A stretch of 63,617 nt of DNA, filler included, from an uncultured Methanosarcinales archaeon (GCA_964385185.1; 5 parts of 5 records of this genome joined end to end with filler, not necessarily neighbours in it); one strand, 5' to 3'; counted from the whole stretch's first letter, positions 49,383 through 59,908 are shown. Numbers and translations: made by a program. The notes: a model not told the origin generated them from the sequence alone.

Positions 49383-50021
49383 ATGGGGGAAATGAAGTTT
49401 AGTTATGTTCTAGCTATTATTGTCATAATTGTATTAGCATTCACCTTATTCATGAATGTCATCCTTCCTACTCCAGATATTGACCTACTAGAAGGAACAC
49501 CTACAAAAACAACATTCACGTTAGAAGAAGATCAAGGAACTAATCCAGGAGCAACAGTCACATTAATCGAATTTGGAGATTTCAAATGTCCATTCTGTGG
49601 CCAGATGCATCCCGACATAAAGAAACTACTAAATCTCTACCCTGACAATCTCAACTATGTCTACAAACATTTTCCAGCAGATGAAGAAGACTCTGCAAGA
49701 GCATCCCTAGCAGCAGAATGTGCAAGAGAACAAGATCAATTCATACCCTACATAAACATTTTATTCGAAAGACAACTAGACTTTTCATATGCAAAACTAC
49801 AAACATTTGCTGCAGAATTAAAACTCAACCAAAATGATTTCGTTGATTGCATGGAAAACTTTAACGGATTAGATAGAATTGATAATGATATCAAAGAAGG
49901 AAAATTAAATGGAGTAAAGGGAACACCAACAGTATTCATAAACAACAGAAAACTAGAAGGCATTCAATCTTTTGAAAGCCTAAAATTATTAATAGAACAA
50001 GAACTAATCAGGGTCAAATGA
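49383..50021 (+). CDS. DsbA-family thioredoxin-fold protein
   Basis: N-terminal TM, DFKCPFC, HFP, GTPT. Confidence 0.9.
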   Translation: MGEMKFSYVLAIIVIIVLAFTLFMNVILPTPDIDLLEGTPTKTTFTLEEDQGTNPGATVTLIEFGDFKCPFCGQMHPDIKKLLNLYPDNLNYVYKHFPADEEDSARASLAAECAREQDQFIPYINILFERQLDFSYAKLQTFAAELKLNQNDFVDCMENFNGLDRIDNDIKEGKLNGVKGTPTVFINNRKLEGIQSFESLKLLIEQELIRVK

Positions 50022-50863
50022 AACTATACGTAGAAGAGGCAATAATTGCCTTCGATCATCTAAAGAAATTAAAATCAACGATAACGATAGTTATCCTTGA
50101 CATATTATTCCTACTCTTATATGGATTTATCCAAGGAGCTCCAGAAATATCAGGTTTTATTGGAAAAACCTATCAATATCTCAAAGTATTCCTAAATCTA
50201 GTTTCAGAAAGTGCAAAATCATTAACAGAAGATGCGGCAAGAAAGGTAAGTGTTCTCCAATTGATTGGACAAAATGACGCTATTGCGAGATATTTCTATC
50301 TCATAATAATAACATTAATTCTATTCGCCATTGCAACATATATTCTCTACGTAATTATAGAAGGTTCTGCTTGGTGGCATAGCTACAAAGCAATCAATAA
50401 GCAAATTTCATACAAAAAATTCATCACTCAATTTTCATTAGTTTCATTACCATTTTACACGGGAGTTATCCTCCTCTTCATCTTATCCTTCGCAGACACC
50501 TATAGAGCAATAACGTTAGAAAGAATGTCTCTCCCCTCACCCATAGGACTCAAACTATTCATGTTATTCATAGGATTAGTCTTAATCTACTTTGGAAGTA
50601 TTGCCTACGCATTAATTGGGCAAGAATCAGCAACAAAAACAATAAAGAAAGCAATACATATCGGCTTCTCAAAAGCCCATAAATACTTCCCAGCATTCTT
50701 GGTAGTTTTCATAGTATTCTTCCTCTTAAACTTCATAGCTTTATTTCTAGGAAACATTTCACCAATTGCCATGATGATTGTAGGGATACTTTTAATCTTC
50801 CCATCAATAGCTTGGGGGAGAATGTATAGCAAATTAGTTCTAGATAAAATCATAAACCATTAA
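50018..50863 (+). CDS. Hypothetical membrane protein
   Basis: Several TM segments; ATGA overlap. Confidence 0.75.
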   Translation: MKLYVEEAIIAFDHLKKLKSTITIVILDILFLLLYGFIQGAPEISGFIGKTYQYLKVFLNLVSESAKSLTEDAARKVSVLQLIGQNDAIARYFYLIIITLILFAIATYILYVIIEGSAWWHSYKAINKQISYKKFITQFSLVSLPFYTGVILLFILSFADTYRAITLERMSLPSPIGLKLFMLFIGLVLIYFGSIAYALIGQESATKTIKKAIHIGFSKAHKYFPAFLVVFIVFFLLNFIALFLGNISPIAMMIVGILLIFPSIAWGRMYSKLVLDKIINH

Positions 50864-50894
50864 ATTTATATATGAAAAAGACATCTGTAAACAC

Positions 50895-51041
50895 ATGGCA
50901 AAAGACTGGAAAGCAGTAAGTATGCAAAAAGTAAATGCAGAACAAGCTACAAATATCTGCCCTGAATGTAAATCTGAAGATGTTACTAATGAAAGCGGAG
51001 AAATTTTCTGTAAAAAATGTGGTTTTGTACTAAGTGACTAA
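50895..51041 (+). CDS. Stand-alone TFIIB-type zinc ribbon (48 aa)
   Basis: CPECKS…GEIFCKKCGFV; upstream TTTATATA. Confidence 0.7.
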   Translation: MAKDWKAVSMQKVNAEQATNICPECKSEDVTNESGEIFCKKCGFVLSD

Positions 51042-51163
51042 GATGGAATTAGAGTTAAAAAAACTAAATAAACTCATAGCTATTAAGATTAAACAAGATC
51101 TAGGTGAAGGACTTTCAAAAGGAGAAATCCAATTTGTCCAGAACACCATAAACGGTAACTAAC

Positions 51164-51382
51164 ATGCCACTCTATCATACAAACAAAAACCCGTTATGGG
51201 TTGATTTAATCCCACCGTATGGAAAACCAGAGTTGGCTCTCTACGGCACCATAGCTGAAGTGCTAGCAATCCTATTCACCATCTTAATCTTGTTTGAATT
51301 TGTTTCTTTCACAGAACCTCAACGTTCTATTACTATTGCCCTATGGCTAGGAGCATGGTATGCTAATTATTTTGAGAGATAA
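51164..51382 (+). CDS. Small membrane protein
   Basis: 72 aa, hydrophobic. Confidence 0.55.
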   Translation: MPLYHTNKNPLWVDLIPPYGKPELALYGTIAEVLAILFTILILFEFVSFTEPQRSITIALWLGAWYANYFER

Positions 51383-51422
51383 TTCTTTTCTAAACATATA
51401 TAAAAATTAAAAAAGTAGTAAT

Positions 51423-51466
51423 GGCACTCACAGAGTGCCAACTCTCGCAGTCTTTCGACTGCGAGC
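51423..51466. repeat. Twin-hairpin repeat, family A copy 2
   Basis: GGCACTC-ACA-GAGTGCC plus CTCGCAGTC-TTTC-GACTGCGAG. Confidence 0.9.
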
Positions 51467-51477
51467 ACATCTGCAAG

Positions 51478-51518
51478 TCACCACAACTGCACCCTGTGGG
51501 TGCCAGTTGTTGTGGTGA
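51478..51518. repeat. 41-bp palindromic repeat, family B copy 2 (inverted)
   Basis: Same termini and length as 46661-46701; inner stem covaries. Confidence 0.85.
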
Positions 51519-51622
51519 CACTACCTATAACATGATACCTGTTTTAACGATACAAATTCTCTTAAAACGAACAAACCGTAAACTATTAAAAGGAAAAGAC
51601 TACCTGAATATCGGTGATAATT

Positions 51623-51865
51623 ATGTCAGATGAAAAAAAAGTAATTGTATACTCAACAACAAATTGTCCTTGGTGTCATAAAGCAAAAGACTTCCTAAAA
51701 GAACAGAAAATTGCTTTCGAAGACATCAATGTAGAAAATGATGAAAAAGGACGAGAAGCCATGATTGAAAAATCAGGTCAAATGGGAGTTCCTGTTATCA
51801 ATGCAAAAGGAACAATTATCGTTGGCTTTGACGAACCTAAAATCAGAACAGCTTTAGGTATTTAA
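51623..51865 (+). CDS. Glutaredoxin/NrdH-like protein
   Basis: CPWC, GVPV, VGFD. Confidence 0.9.
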   Translation: MSDEKKVIVYSTTNCPWCHKAKDFLKEQKIAFEDINVENDEKGREAMIEKSGQMGVPVINAKGTIIVGFDEPKIRTALGI

Positions 51866-51903
51866 CACAACTTTAATATACTCTTTTTCTTATTTTTATA
51901 ATT

Positions 51904-52755
51904 ATGAAATATGCCATTGGTATAGACTTAGGTGGAACAAAAGTATCTGGTATATTAATGGATGAACAGGGAAAAGTAATCCAAAAAGAAGTACGCCCAA
52001 CTCCCTCTGAAAGTCCAAAAGAAGATATTCTAAACACAATTGAACACTTAATCGAAGATCTGTCAACAAAAACAATAGAAGGTATTGGAATTGGTCATCC
52101 TGGATTTAGTATGGATGGAAAACTCACATCAATATACAACATTCCAAGTTTTAAAAACATAAACTTAGCAGAAGAAATGAGTGAAAGAACAAAAAATACA
52201 ATAAAAACAGAAAACGATGCAAATTGCTTCGCCTTAGCAGAACATGCTTACGGTGCAGGAAGAAACTACGCAAATATGTTTGGAATAATCATCGGCTCTG
52301 GAATAGGTGGAGGAATTATAATCAACAACAAATTATACAGCGGAGCACATGGCGGTGCAGGTGAAGTTGGGTTTACACCCTTAGGAGAAAAATCATTTGA
52401 ATTATATGGTTCTGGCAAAAACATCATGAAAACCTATAAAGAATTAGATGGCCCTGCAAAACACGAAAACCCAGCAGATGTGTTCAGAGGAACTGATGAA
52501 ATTGCTAAACAACTGACAAGAGAAGTATTTGAATACTATGCTAAAGGTTTTGCTACTATTATCACAATTCTAGATCCAGAAGCAATCATTATCGGTGGAG
52601 GAGTATCCAATGCTTTCCACCTCTTTGAAAATACACTAAAAAAACAAATGCCAAAATATGCTCCAAATGCTAACACAAAGAAAGTAATCATCGCCAAAAA
52701 CGAATTAGGTGACGATGCAGGAGTAATCGGTGCAGCAGCATTAGTATTTGAGTAA
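51904..52755 (+). CDS. ROK-family sugar kinase
   Basis: GIDLGGT, ENDANC, GAGEVG, AGVIGAA. Confidence 0.9.
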   Translation: MKYAIGIDLGGTKVSGILMDEQGKVIQKEVRPTPSESPKEDILNTIEHLIEDLSTKTIEGIGIGHPGFSMDGKLTSIYNIPSFKNINLAEEMSERTKNTIKTENDANCFALAEHAYGAGRNYANMFGIIIGSGIGGGIIINNKLYSGAHGGAGEVGFTPLGEKSFELYGSGKNIMKTYKELDGPAKHENPADVFRGTDEIAKQLTREVFEYYAKGFATIITILDPEAIIIGGGVSNAFHLFENTLKKQMPKYAPNANTKKVIIAKNELGDDAGVIGAAALVFE

Positions 52756-52793
52756 ATCACAAACTTAATATACCTTTATTCTAAATAATATCC

Positions 52794-53222
52794 ATGATCT
52801 ATATAGGCTCAGACCATGCAGGATTTAAACTAAAAGAAAAAATTAGACAGTACCTTACAAAAAAAAGAATTGACTGGGAAGACCTCGGAACTCATAGTGA
52901 CAAAAAGAAAGTAGACTATCCAGACTTTGCCAAACTAGTAGCAAAAAAAACAGTAAAAACCAATTCTTTAGGAATATTGATATGTGGTTCAGCCATTGGA
53001 ATGACTATTGCTGCAAATAAAATAAAAGGAGCAAGAGCATTCCAAGCATATGATAAATATACAGCAATTCACGGAAGAGAGAACGATCACACCAACATTA
53101 TCTGTCTAAGAGGAAACAAATCTCCAGACTCTCAAATTAAAATCCTAGAATATTGGCTAAAAGCTAAACCACTAAACGAAGCAAGATTTCTAAGAAGAGT
53201 AAAGAAAGTAAACGCTTTATAA
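52794..53222 (+). CDS. rpiB: Ribose-5-phosphate isomerase B
   Basis: SDHAG, DYPD, ICGSAIG, AANK. Confidence 0.88.
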   Translation: MIYIGSDHAGFKLKEKIRQYLTKKRIDWEDLGTHSDKKKVDYPDFAKLVAKKTVKTNSLGILICGSAIGMTIAANKIKGARAFQAYDKYTAIHGRENDHTNIICLRGNKSPDSQIKILEYWLKAKPLNEARFLRRVKKVNAL

Positions 53223-55136
53223 TTTCTCCAATTTATTAACATAATCAGTCATGGCATCTATAAACTCTGCATGACTCCAAGTTAAAGGACAGACACTTAA
53301 TCCTTCCCCTGAAATAGGATGCACTTGCTCAGCCAATAATCCAGTAGGTTGTGCATGATCCATCACCCAATTCAAAATCTCAAGTGGCTCTTCCATCTCT
53401 TCCTTAGAAGCAGCCTTTCGAATCAAATATTTAGCATACCAACAAGAGCAAATAAACCAAGGATTGCCTGGAATCATATCCAAATCATCACTCTGCTGAA
53501 AATAATAGTCATTATGATACCTTGCAATTCCTCCAATAGAAGTTTTTACACCTAACCATTCTTTCATTTTTTCCATTGTGCTTTGCACTCGTGAATCAGT
53601 AACATCAAAAACACCAAATTCTGTAATGGCAAACACACTAGCATCCATAGTATCATCATAGACAACTTCATCCCCTTCAAAACTAACACTCCGCCTAAAA
53701 TAACCTTCTTTCTCATTATACAAATAACTCAACTTAGCTTGACGTATTGCATCAAATCCAACATTACAGATTTTACAAAATTTCTTATCTTTAATCAAAT
53801 GCCCTAATTCATCAGCTGCCTTTAACCCAGCCAAAGTTGCTGCCGTAGTAAAGGTAAAAATCCCTCGTCGCTCCTCCCATAAATCAAAACTCTCCTTAGG
53901 AAGACCATTCTCATATCTATACCGAGCTAAAAACTCCCCCATGGGTTTAATAAGAGGTTTATACAATTCTTTGATAAACCTTTTATCTTTAGTAATATCA
54001 TAATACACTTTCAAAGCATGTAAAACAAGAGCTGTCTCATCTTCTTGAATAGGTAAACTGTAATCTCCATCCAACACCCAAGGATGCCAACTACTTCCCA
54101 AACTTCCATCTGGATTATACTTATGCAATAAACATCCTTCTTCAAAAAGCACTTTTTTACAAAAATTAAAAAATTTCTTAGTATCTGCAGCAAATCCTGC
54201 TTTAATTAAGGCAATTGCAACTAACGCTCCATCTCTTGGCCACATATAGGAATACGTATCTTTGTTAAATTCCATATTATCAGAATCATTTGCTGCAATA
54301 ATGGCACCTTGATGATCAAACTGTGTCCGAACAATCAACAAAGACCGTTTGTAAAACTCTTGCAACTTAGCATCAACCAATCCAATATTAGGAGTTATCT
54401 GGCTCAGCCATTCATGTTCCTCTTTTCGAGATTTTTTAATAAACTTCGTAAATCCTTTCTCTAAAAAATCATCTTTTAGATCTAACACTTCGTTTAAATG
54501 AGTCCCTGCAATAAGATAATAGTAAAATACCCGTTCACCATCAGAAGGCAACGTTAAATCTAAAGCAACAACAGAATCAACTTCACCTTGATGGATAGGT
54601 TTTCGTTCCATATCCCATCCCACATTAACATGCTCTCCAATGTCAAAATCTACCATAGCATTACATTTCAGATCATCACAAAATCCCACTAAAAAATACG
54701 TATCTCGTTTGTAATGCACCACTACATTCTCATGAGGATTGAAAAAACCTGTATCACCTACTCCATCACCATACAAATGAAAATCATGATGAACACATAT
54801 TCGTATTTTTCGTTCGTGATTCGTCCCATTTTTAACCGTTACCTTCCGTAGGAAAATATTATCTTCTACTGTCTCCTCAAATTTAAGAGACAATTTCATA
54901 TTAACATTAACGGCAGTAGAATTCGTCACCAAATGATCTTTCCAATATTTCAGATCCTTTTCCCAAGCTTCTTCATTGAGCCAAGAAACCTGCTCTCCTT
55001 CTAGGATTGCCATCCTATGAGCATGTCCACCAAGATGATTATACTGCCCTACATGAGGAAAATAAATATCTCGAACTTGCATCCATCTATCGATATTTAC
55101 CAATAACTGCTGATCACCGAGAACGATATGTCTCAT
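53217..55136 (-). CDS. Glycoside hydrolase family 15
   Basis: WPRD, DLWEE, LAEQ, PLTWSHA. Confidence 0.9.
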   Translation of the reverse strand: MRHIVLGDQQLLVNIDRWMQVRDIYFPHVGQYNHLGGHAHRMAILEGEQVSWLNEEAWEKDLKYWKDHLVTNSTAVNVNMKLSLKFEETVEDNIFLRKVTVKNGTNHERKIRICVHHDFHLYGDGVGDTGFFNPHENVVVHYKRDTYFLVGFCDDLKCNAMVDFDIGEHVNVGWDMERKPIHQGEVDSVVALDLTLPSDGERVFYYYLIAGTHLNEVLDLKDDFLEKGFTKFIKKSRKEEHEWLSQITPNIGLVDAKLQEFYKRSLLIVRTQFDHQGAIIAANDSDNMEFNKDTYSYMWPRDGALVAIALIKAGFAADTKKFFNFCKKVLFEEGCLLHKYNPDGSLGSSWHPWVLDGDYSLPIQEDETALVLHALKVYYDITKDKRFIKELYKPLIKPMGEFLARYRYENGLPKESFDLWEERRGIFTFTTAATLAGLKAADELGHLIKDKKFCKICNVGFDAIRQAKLSYLYNEKEGYFRRSVSFEGDEVVYDDTMDASVFAITEFGVFDVTDSRVQSTMEKMKEWLGVKTSIGGIARYHNDYYFQQSDDLDMIPGNPWFICSCWYAKYLIRKAASKEEMEEPLEILNWVMDHAQPTGLLAEQVHPISGEGLSVCPLTWSHAEFIDAMTDYVNKLEKL

Positions 55137-55245
55137 AACTGTATTTCGTGAAATAGAGGTATAAAAACGTATCCTTTAAACTCTAAAACCAAAGCTTTAT
55201 ATGTAACTATTGAATAAATCATGATGTTGGGGTATATATAAGAAT

Positions 55246-55878
55246 ATGAACAAGATAATTCCTACTATTTTAGCTAAGACTAAAGATGAACTCATGGAAA
55301 GACGTACACTGCTAAAGCAGCACTTTCCTCTGGCTCAACTTGACGTTGGTGATGGTAAATTTGTTCCTAATAGAACTCTACAACTTGACAATATCAAACG
55401 TTCTAAATTAAAATATGAAGTCCATTTAATGGTAAAGGATGTTTTAATCAATATTAAAAAAGCATTAAAATTACATCCCTATGCTATCACATTCCATTAT
55501 GAAGCCTGTCGTTCTGACGAAGAGGTTTTAACATTAATCAATTTTATTAAAAAAAGAAAAATTAGACCAGGATTGGCGATCAATCCTGCAACTCCAATTC
55601 CTAAAATTAGACAATATCTAAAACATGTGGACCGAATTCTTGTTATGGGTGTCCATCCAGGATTCTCAGGACAAAAACTGCTACCAACCACCTATGCCAA
55701 AATTAAAGGATTAAGAAAAGGCAATAGAAAGTTAAACATCCAAGTTGACGGTGGTGTAAATGAGACTAATATTGAGAAATTAAACAAAGCGGGTGCAAAC
55801 TTATTCTGTGTAGGTCACTACCTCTCAGGTGATGATATTTCTAATAGATATAAATTGTTGAAAAGAATGGTTAAGTAA
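55246..55878 (+). CDS. rpe: Ribulose-phosphate 3-epimerase
   Basis: DGKFVPN, VHLMV, MGVHPGFSGQ, VDGG. Confidence 0.9.
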   Translation: MNKIIPTILAKTKDELMERRTLLKQHFPLAQLDVGDGKFVPNRTLQLDNIKRSKLKYEVHLMVKDVLINIKKALKLHPYAITFHYEACRSDEEVLTLINFIKKRKIRPGLAINPATPIPKIRQYLKHVDRILVMGVHPGFSGQKLLPTTYAKIKGLRKGNRKLNIQVDGGVNETNIEKLNKAGANLFCVGHYLSGDDISNRYKLLKRMVK

Positions 55879-56083
55879 TTATTTCTTACAACTATTAGTT
55901 AAATACAGAATTTTTATTCCTAAAACAACACTCACTAATCCTATAAAATAAGCCCAATTAACCATAGCATACCATTCATTAAAGATAATTAAAACACCTA
56001 AAACAACTAATACTCAAGCTTCACATTTACCACAACTAGTTAACATACGGTTATTATAGAACTTTAAGTATATAAAATGTTGT

Positions 56084-56785
56084 TTAAGGAGTCAAAACTT
56101 TTTCTTCTATTGGAGCATACTTGAATCTACCAACATCTGTAACAGAACGATTATTATCAACCATCCACCTTAGATAATTTGCCCCAGTAAGTTGTCCCGC
56201 TGTTGAAATAGGAACATGCAGAACACCCTTATCGTCAATCTCAGGTTCCATACTCATATAGATATCAGAAACTCTTCCAAATTGCCGCATTTTCCTCTGA
56301 AACTTTGGAAGCAACTGTTCCACCATTACAGTTCTTTCATAAACTGATGCAGACAATTGGCACCTTAATTCGAAAGGATAATTGTGCTCATTCAAATACT
56401 CGGCCTCAGTTCGACTTGTATTTAAATCTGGGTCAATAAAACTAAGTCCTAACTGCAATCTCTGATACATTTTCTCTGTCCCTGGTCGCTTTGTATCCTT
56501 AGCAAGAAACCGGTGACCACTATGATACTTCCATGCCCAGATAATTACTCTCCGCTCTACTTGATCTTCTTGTAATAACTCAAAAAATGTTCGCAATTTA
56601 CGTGTAGGATGTGTTCTTCCTGGAACATTTGTTCCGATAAGAGTCACCTCTTCTAATTCATCTATTGAGGTTGGATACATTTCTTGAATTTTGACATCTT
56701 CAGAAGCAAAAGGAATCATTCTTGCCCTCGCATTTTTAGCATGTAACCCATACTGCTCAAAATCACCAATAAACATATATGACAT
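56084..56785 (-). CDS. Hypothetical protein
   Basis: Long ORF, family not recognised. Confidence 0.6.
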   Translation of the reverse strand: MSYMFIGDFEQYGLHAKNARARMIPFASEDVKIQEMYPTSIDELEEVTLIGTNVPGRTHPTRKLRTFFELLQEDQVERRVIIWAWKYHSGHRFLAKDTKRPGTEKMYQRLQLGLSFIDPDLNTSRTEAEYLNEHNYPFELRCQLSASVYERTVMVEQLLPKFQRKMRQFGRVSDIYMSMEPEIDDKGVLHVPISTAGQLTGANYLRWMVDNNRSVTDVGRFKYAPIEEKVLTP

Positions 56786-56868
56786 AATAAGGGAGAATAG
56801 AATATAATATAAAAAGATATAGGTAAAACCCAAAGGAATATAAACTACCCTGAATTATTCGTATCAGA

Positions 56869-57405
56869 ATGACGTTCGAACTATCAGAAATAAAAACGAT
56901 CAGAAAACAACTGAATTTAACACAAGCAGAGCTAGCTAAAGCTGCAAATGTTTCTCAATCATTAATAGCAAAAATAGAAGCTAACCGACTAGATCCTACC
57001 TTCACCAATGCAAAAAAGATCTTCCAAACATTAGAATCATTCCAAGGGAAAAAAGAACTGAAAGCAGAAGAAATAATGAATAAAAGTATTATCTCGGTAA
57101 CATCAGTAACTACAATAAAAGAAGCAATTAACTTGCTAAAAAAACACGCAATTTCCCAAGTGCCTGTTATAGATACAGGCCATGTGGTAGGGTTTATCTC
57201 AGAGACTATTATTCTAAATGCTTTATTAGAACAAAAAGGAACTACTGTCTTAGATATCATGCAAGACACACCACCTATCATTACGAAAAAATCTTCAATA
57301 GATGTCGTATCAGACTTACTAAAATTCTACCAAATGGTGATTGTAGGAGATAAAGGAAAAGTACTAGGCGTTATTACACGATCTGATGTACTGAAGAAAA
57401 TATAA
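56869..57405 (+). CDS. HTH-CBS transcriptional regulator
   Basis: LTQAELAK…SQSLIAKIE…DP plus CBS pair. Confidence 0.9.
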   Translation: MTFELSEIKTIRKQLNLTQAELAKAANVSQSLIAKIEANRLDPTFTNAKKIFQTLESFQGKKELKAEEIMNKSIISVTSVTTIKEAINLLKKHAISQVPVIDTGHVVGFISETIILNALLEQKGTTVLDIMQDTPPIITKKSSIDVVSDLLKFYQMVIVGDKGKVLGVITRSDVLKKI

Positions 57406-57450
57406 TCCACCACAACAATCATTATAAACAATTCATTCTATAGTATCTTT

Positions 57451-58599
57451 ATGAAATTATCCGAAAGAGCCTCAAACTTACAGCCATCTGCAACACTAGC
57501 CATATCAGGAAAGGCTAAAGCCCTAAAAAAAGAAGGAAAAGATGTCATCGACTTCGGTGCTGGTCAACCTGACTTTGAGCCACCATCTTTCATAAAAACT
57601 GCAATTAAAGCAGCAATTGACAAACCAGGGATTGGAAAATATACTGCCGTTCCAGGAACACCTGAAGCAAGAGAAGCAATTACAAAAAAATTAAAGTCTG
57701 ATTACAATCTAGATTACACATCCAATGAAGTGATGGTTACTGTGGGAGGAAAATGTGGATTATTCAATATCTTCCAAGCACTTATCGACAAAGATGACGA
57801 AGTGATCATTCCCTCACCGTACTGGGTTTCTTATCCAGAACAAGTAAAGTTTTGCAATGGCACTCCAGTGATAGTTGAAACAGATAACAATTTCAAACTA
57901 CAAGCATCTTCAGTAGAAGCTGCAATTACAGATAAAACAAAAATTATCATCTTAAATTCTCCATCTAATCCAACAGGAGCTGTCTCAGATGAAGAAGAAT
58001 TAATAAAAATTGCAAATCTAGCAGTTGAAAAAGACATCTTAATAATCTCAGATGAAATCTATGATAAAATCATCTTTGACAAAAAACATCTCTGCATTCC
58101 AGCAATAAGTGAAGCAGTAAAGAAACAAACGATCTACTGTAACGCATTATCAAAAACATATGCCGTTCCAGGATTACGTTTGGGATACATCGCAGCAAAT
58201 GAATCGTTAATAAAAGCATTAACAGCCATTCAAGGACAATCTACATCTAATCCAGATGCGTTAATGCAAGAAGCATTGATTGTGGCATTCTCATCTCCCA
58301 TGGATGAAGTCAATGCTATGGTTGAAGAATTCAAAAAGAGAAGAGATTATATTGTACAAGCTTTAAACGAAATTCCAGGAGTGGAATGTCCATCACCTGA
58401 TGGTGCTTTCTATGTCTTTCCTAAAATACCAACTGATAATTCTTTACAATTTGCTACAGATTTACTAGAAAAGAAATTAGTAGCAGTTGTCCCAGGAGCA
58501 CCCTTCGGACGTGAATCACATGTAAGAATATCCTACGCTGCTTCACTGGATAATATCAAAGAAGGTGTTAAACGAATTAGAGAATTTATAGAAAACTAA
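57451..58599 (+). CDS. Class I/II PLP aminotransferase (AspC-like)
   Basis: NSPSNPTG, SDEIY, SKTY…GLRLG, GAFY. Confidence 0.92.
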   Translation: MKLSERASNLQPSATLAISGKAKALKKEGKDVIDFGAGQPDFEPPSFIKTAIKAAIDKPGIGKYTAVPGTPEAREAITKKLKSDYNLDYTSNEVMVTVGGKCGLFNIFQALIDKDDEVIIPSPYWVSYPEQVKFCNGTPVIVETDNNFKLQASSVEAAITDKTKIIILNSPSNPTGAVSDEEELIKIANLAVEKDILIISDEIYDKIIFDKKHLCIPAISEAVKKQTIYCNALSKTYAVPGLRLGYIAANESLIKALTAIQGQSTSNPDALMQEALIVAFSSPMDEVNAMVEEFKKRRDYIVQALNEIPGVECPSPDGAFYVFPKIPTDNSLQFATDLLEKKLVAVVPGAPFGRESHVRISYAASLDNIKEGVKRIREFIEN

Positions 58600-59168
58600 G
58601 CACTAGCCTTAACAGCTTCAACTTTCGTTGCAACTTTAGGTTCAATCTTATTTTCAACAATATCTAATGTACATTTAGCAGGTAATTTACTTGCAAATTT
58701 CTTTAATGCTGATCGTGCAATATCTAATCGTGTTTTGTACACATCAACACTTACTAATATTTTTCCTGGTTTAATCTGGCATGCATTTCCAATAACTTTA
58801 CCAAATGAAGCTTTCATTCCTGTACTCATTCTATCTGCTCCAGCTCCAGCAGCTAATGGATTTTCTCTAAGAACGTGATGTGGATGCATCCTAATTTTAA
58901 GATGAAATCCTTTTTTACCTAATTCTCTTTCTAAAACACGAGAAGCTTGTTGTCTTCCAGACTCAATAGCATTATCTCGAATCTGCATTCTTTGTTTACT
59001 TACTAAATGAACTGTCCAAGGAAAACTTCTTGTAAGGTTTCCAATATCAAAATTAACGATTTTATTAGAAGGATTACCCCTAATATAGGATTTCTCTCTA
59101 TATTTAGACTTTCTCGTATAAGGTCTTTCTACTCTCCTATACGCTACAGCTCTTCGTAATTTTGCCAT
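58596..59168 (-). CDS. rpl10e: 50S ribosomal protein uL16 (L10e)
   Basis: QIRDNAIES, PHHVLREN…GAGADR…GM. Confidence 0.95.
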   Translation of the reverse strand: MAKLRRAVAYRRVERPYTRKSKYREKSYIRGNPSNKIVNFDIGNLTRSFPWTVHLVSKQRMQIRDNAIESGRQQASRVLERELGKKGFHLKIRMHPHHVLRENPLAAGAGADRMSTGMKASFGKVIGNACQIKPGKILVSVDVYKTRLDIARSALKKFASKLPAKCTLDIVENKIEPKVATKVEAVKASA

Positions 59169-59264
59169 AGATACTAGGATATATGAACTGTTTAAAAAGC
59201 TTACGTTTTAAGCAAAGTAAGAATCAATACATACATTTATTAATAATAATTCCAATATATCCAC

Positions 59265-59462
59265 ATGAACAAAAATAATGGTGAAGTTGGATTAAACACC
59301 TGTAATATGGTAGTATGTAAGAAATGTGGATATCTCTGTATCCTTGTAGGGCTGTTAATCCTAGCATCTTCACTCAATCTTTGGAGCAACGCTCCAAGCT
59401 GGTTTAATGGATGGACTTTTCTTCTTTCAGTATTTTCCTCAATAAAACTTCTAATTCTCTGA
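59265..59462 (+). CDS. Small membrane protein
   Basis: CKKCG plus hydrophobic stretch; start uncertain. Confidence 0.45.
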   Translation: MNKNNGEVGLNTCNMVVCKKCGYLCILVGLLILASSLNLWSNAPSWFNGWTFLLSVFSSIKLLIL

Positions 59463-59665
59463 ACTGTTTTTGCAGATATTGTAAAAAATGTTCTATTTCA
59501 GCCATTCATTTAAACAAATATTCAATATTTTATATACTTTCTGATAACGGGGCGGAAAACTGCTCTATGTACTTACTGGATGTAATGAGGACGGACTCCA
59601 AATTTACTCTGCGGACGCAGGTTTCCAGAACTCCGTTCCCTTCGGTCACTCGTAACTGGAAACGA

Positions 59666-59820
59666 ATATAACAGGAATTATACGGAAAATTCGGTCGGCT
59701 TCGCCTAAATCGCCAAGCGATTTCCCGAATTTTGCCTACATTGAATTTCCCAGCTATGTTCCGCTCCCTGCGGTCGCTCCACGAGGGGAAATCCAACGTC
59801 GCATAATTCCAACGTTATAC
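59666..59820 (+). other. attC-like site
   Basis: ATATAAC; GGAATTATACG/CGCATAATTCC inverted repeat (1 mismatch); AAC-GTTATAC; GC-rich internal hairpins. Confidence 0.65.
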
Positions 59821-59908
59821 GCAATTAAATTTGAAGTCCTAAAAATTTACAAGAGGGGCTTTGGCTTTGAACAACATTTATATATCAACAAATATTTTTA
59901 ATTTTAAT

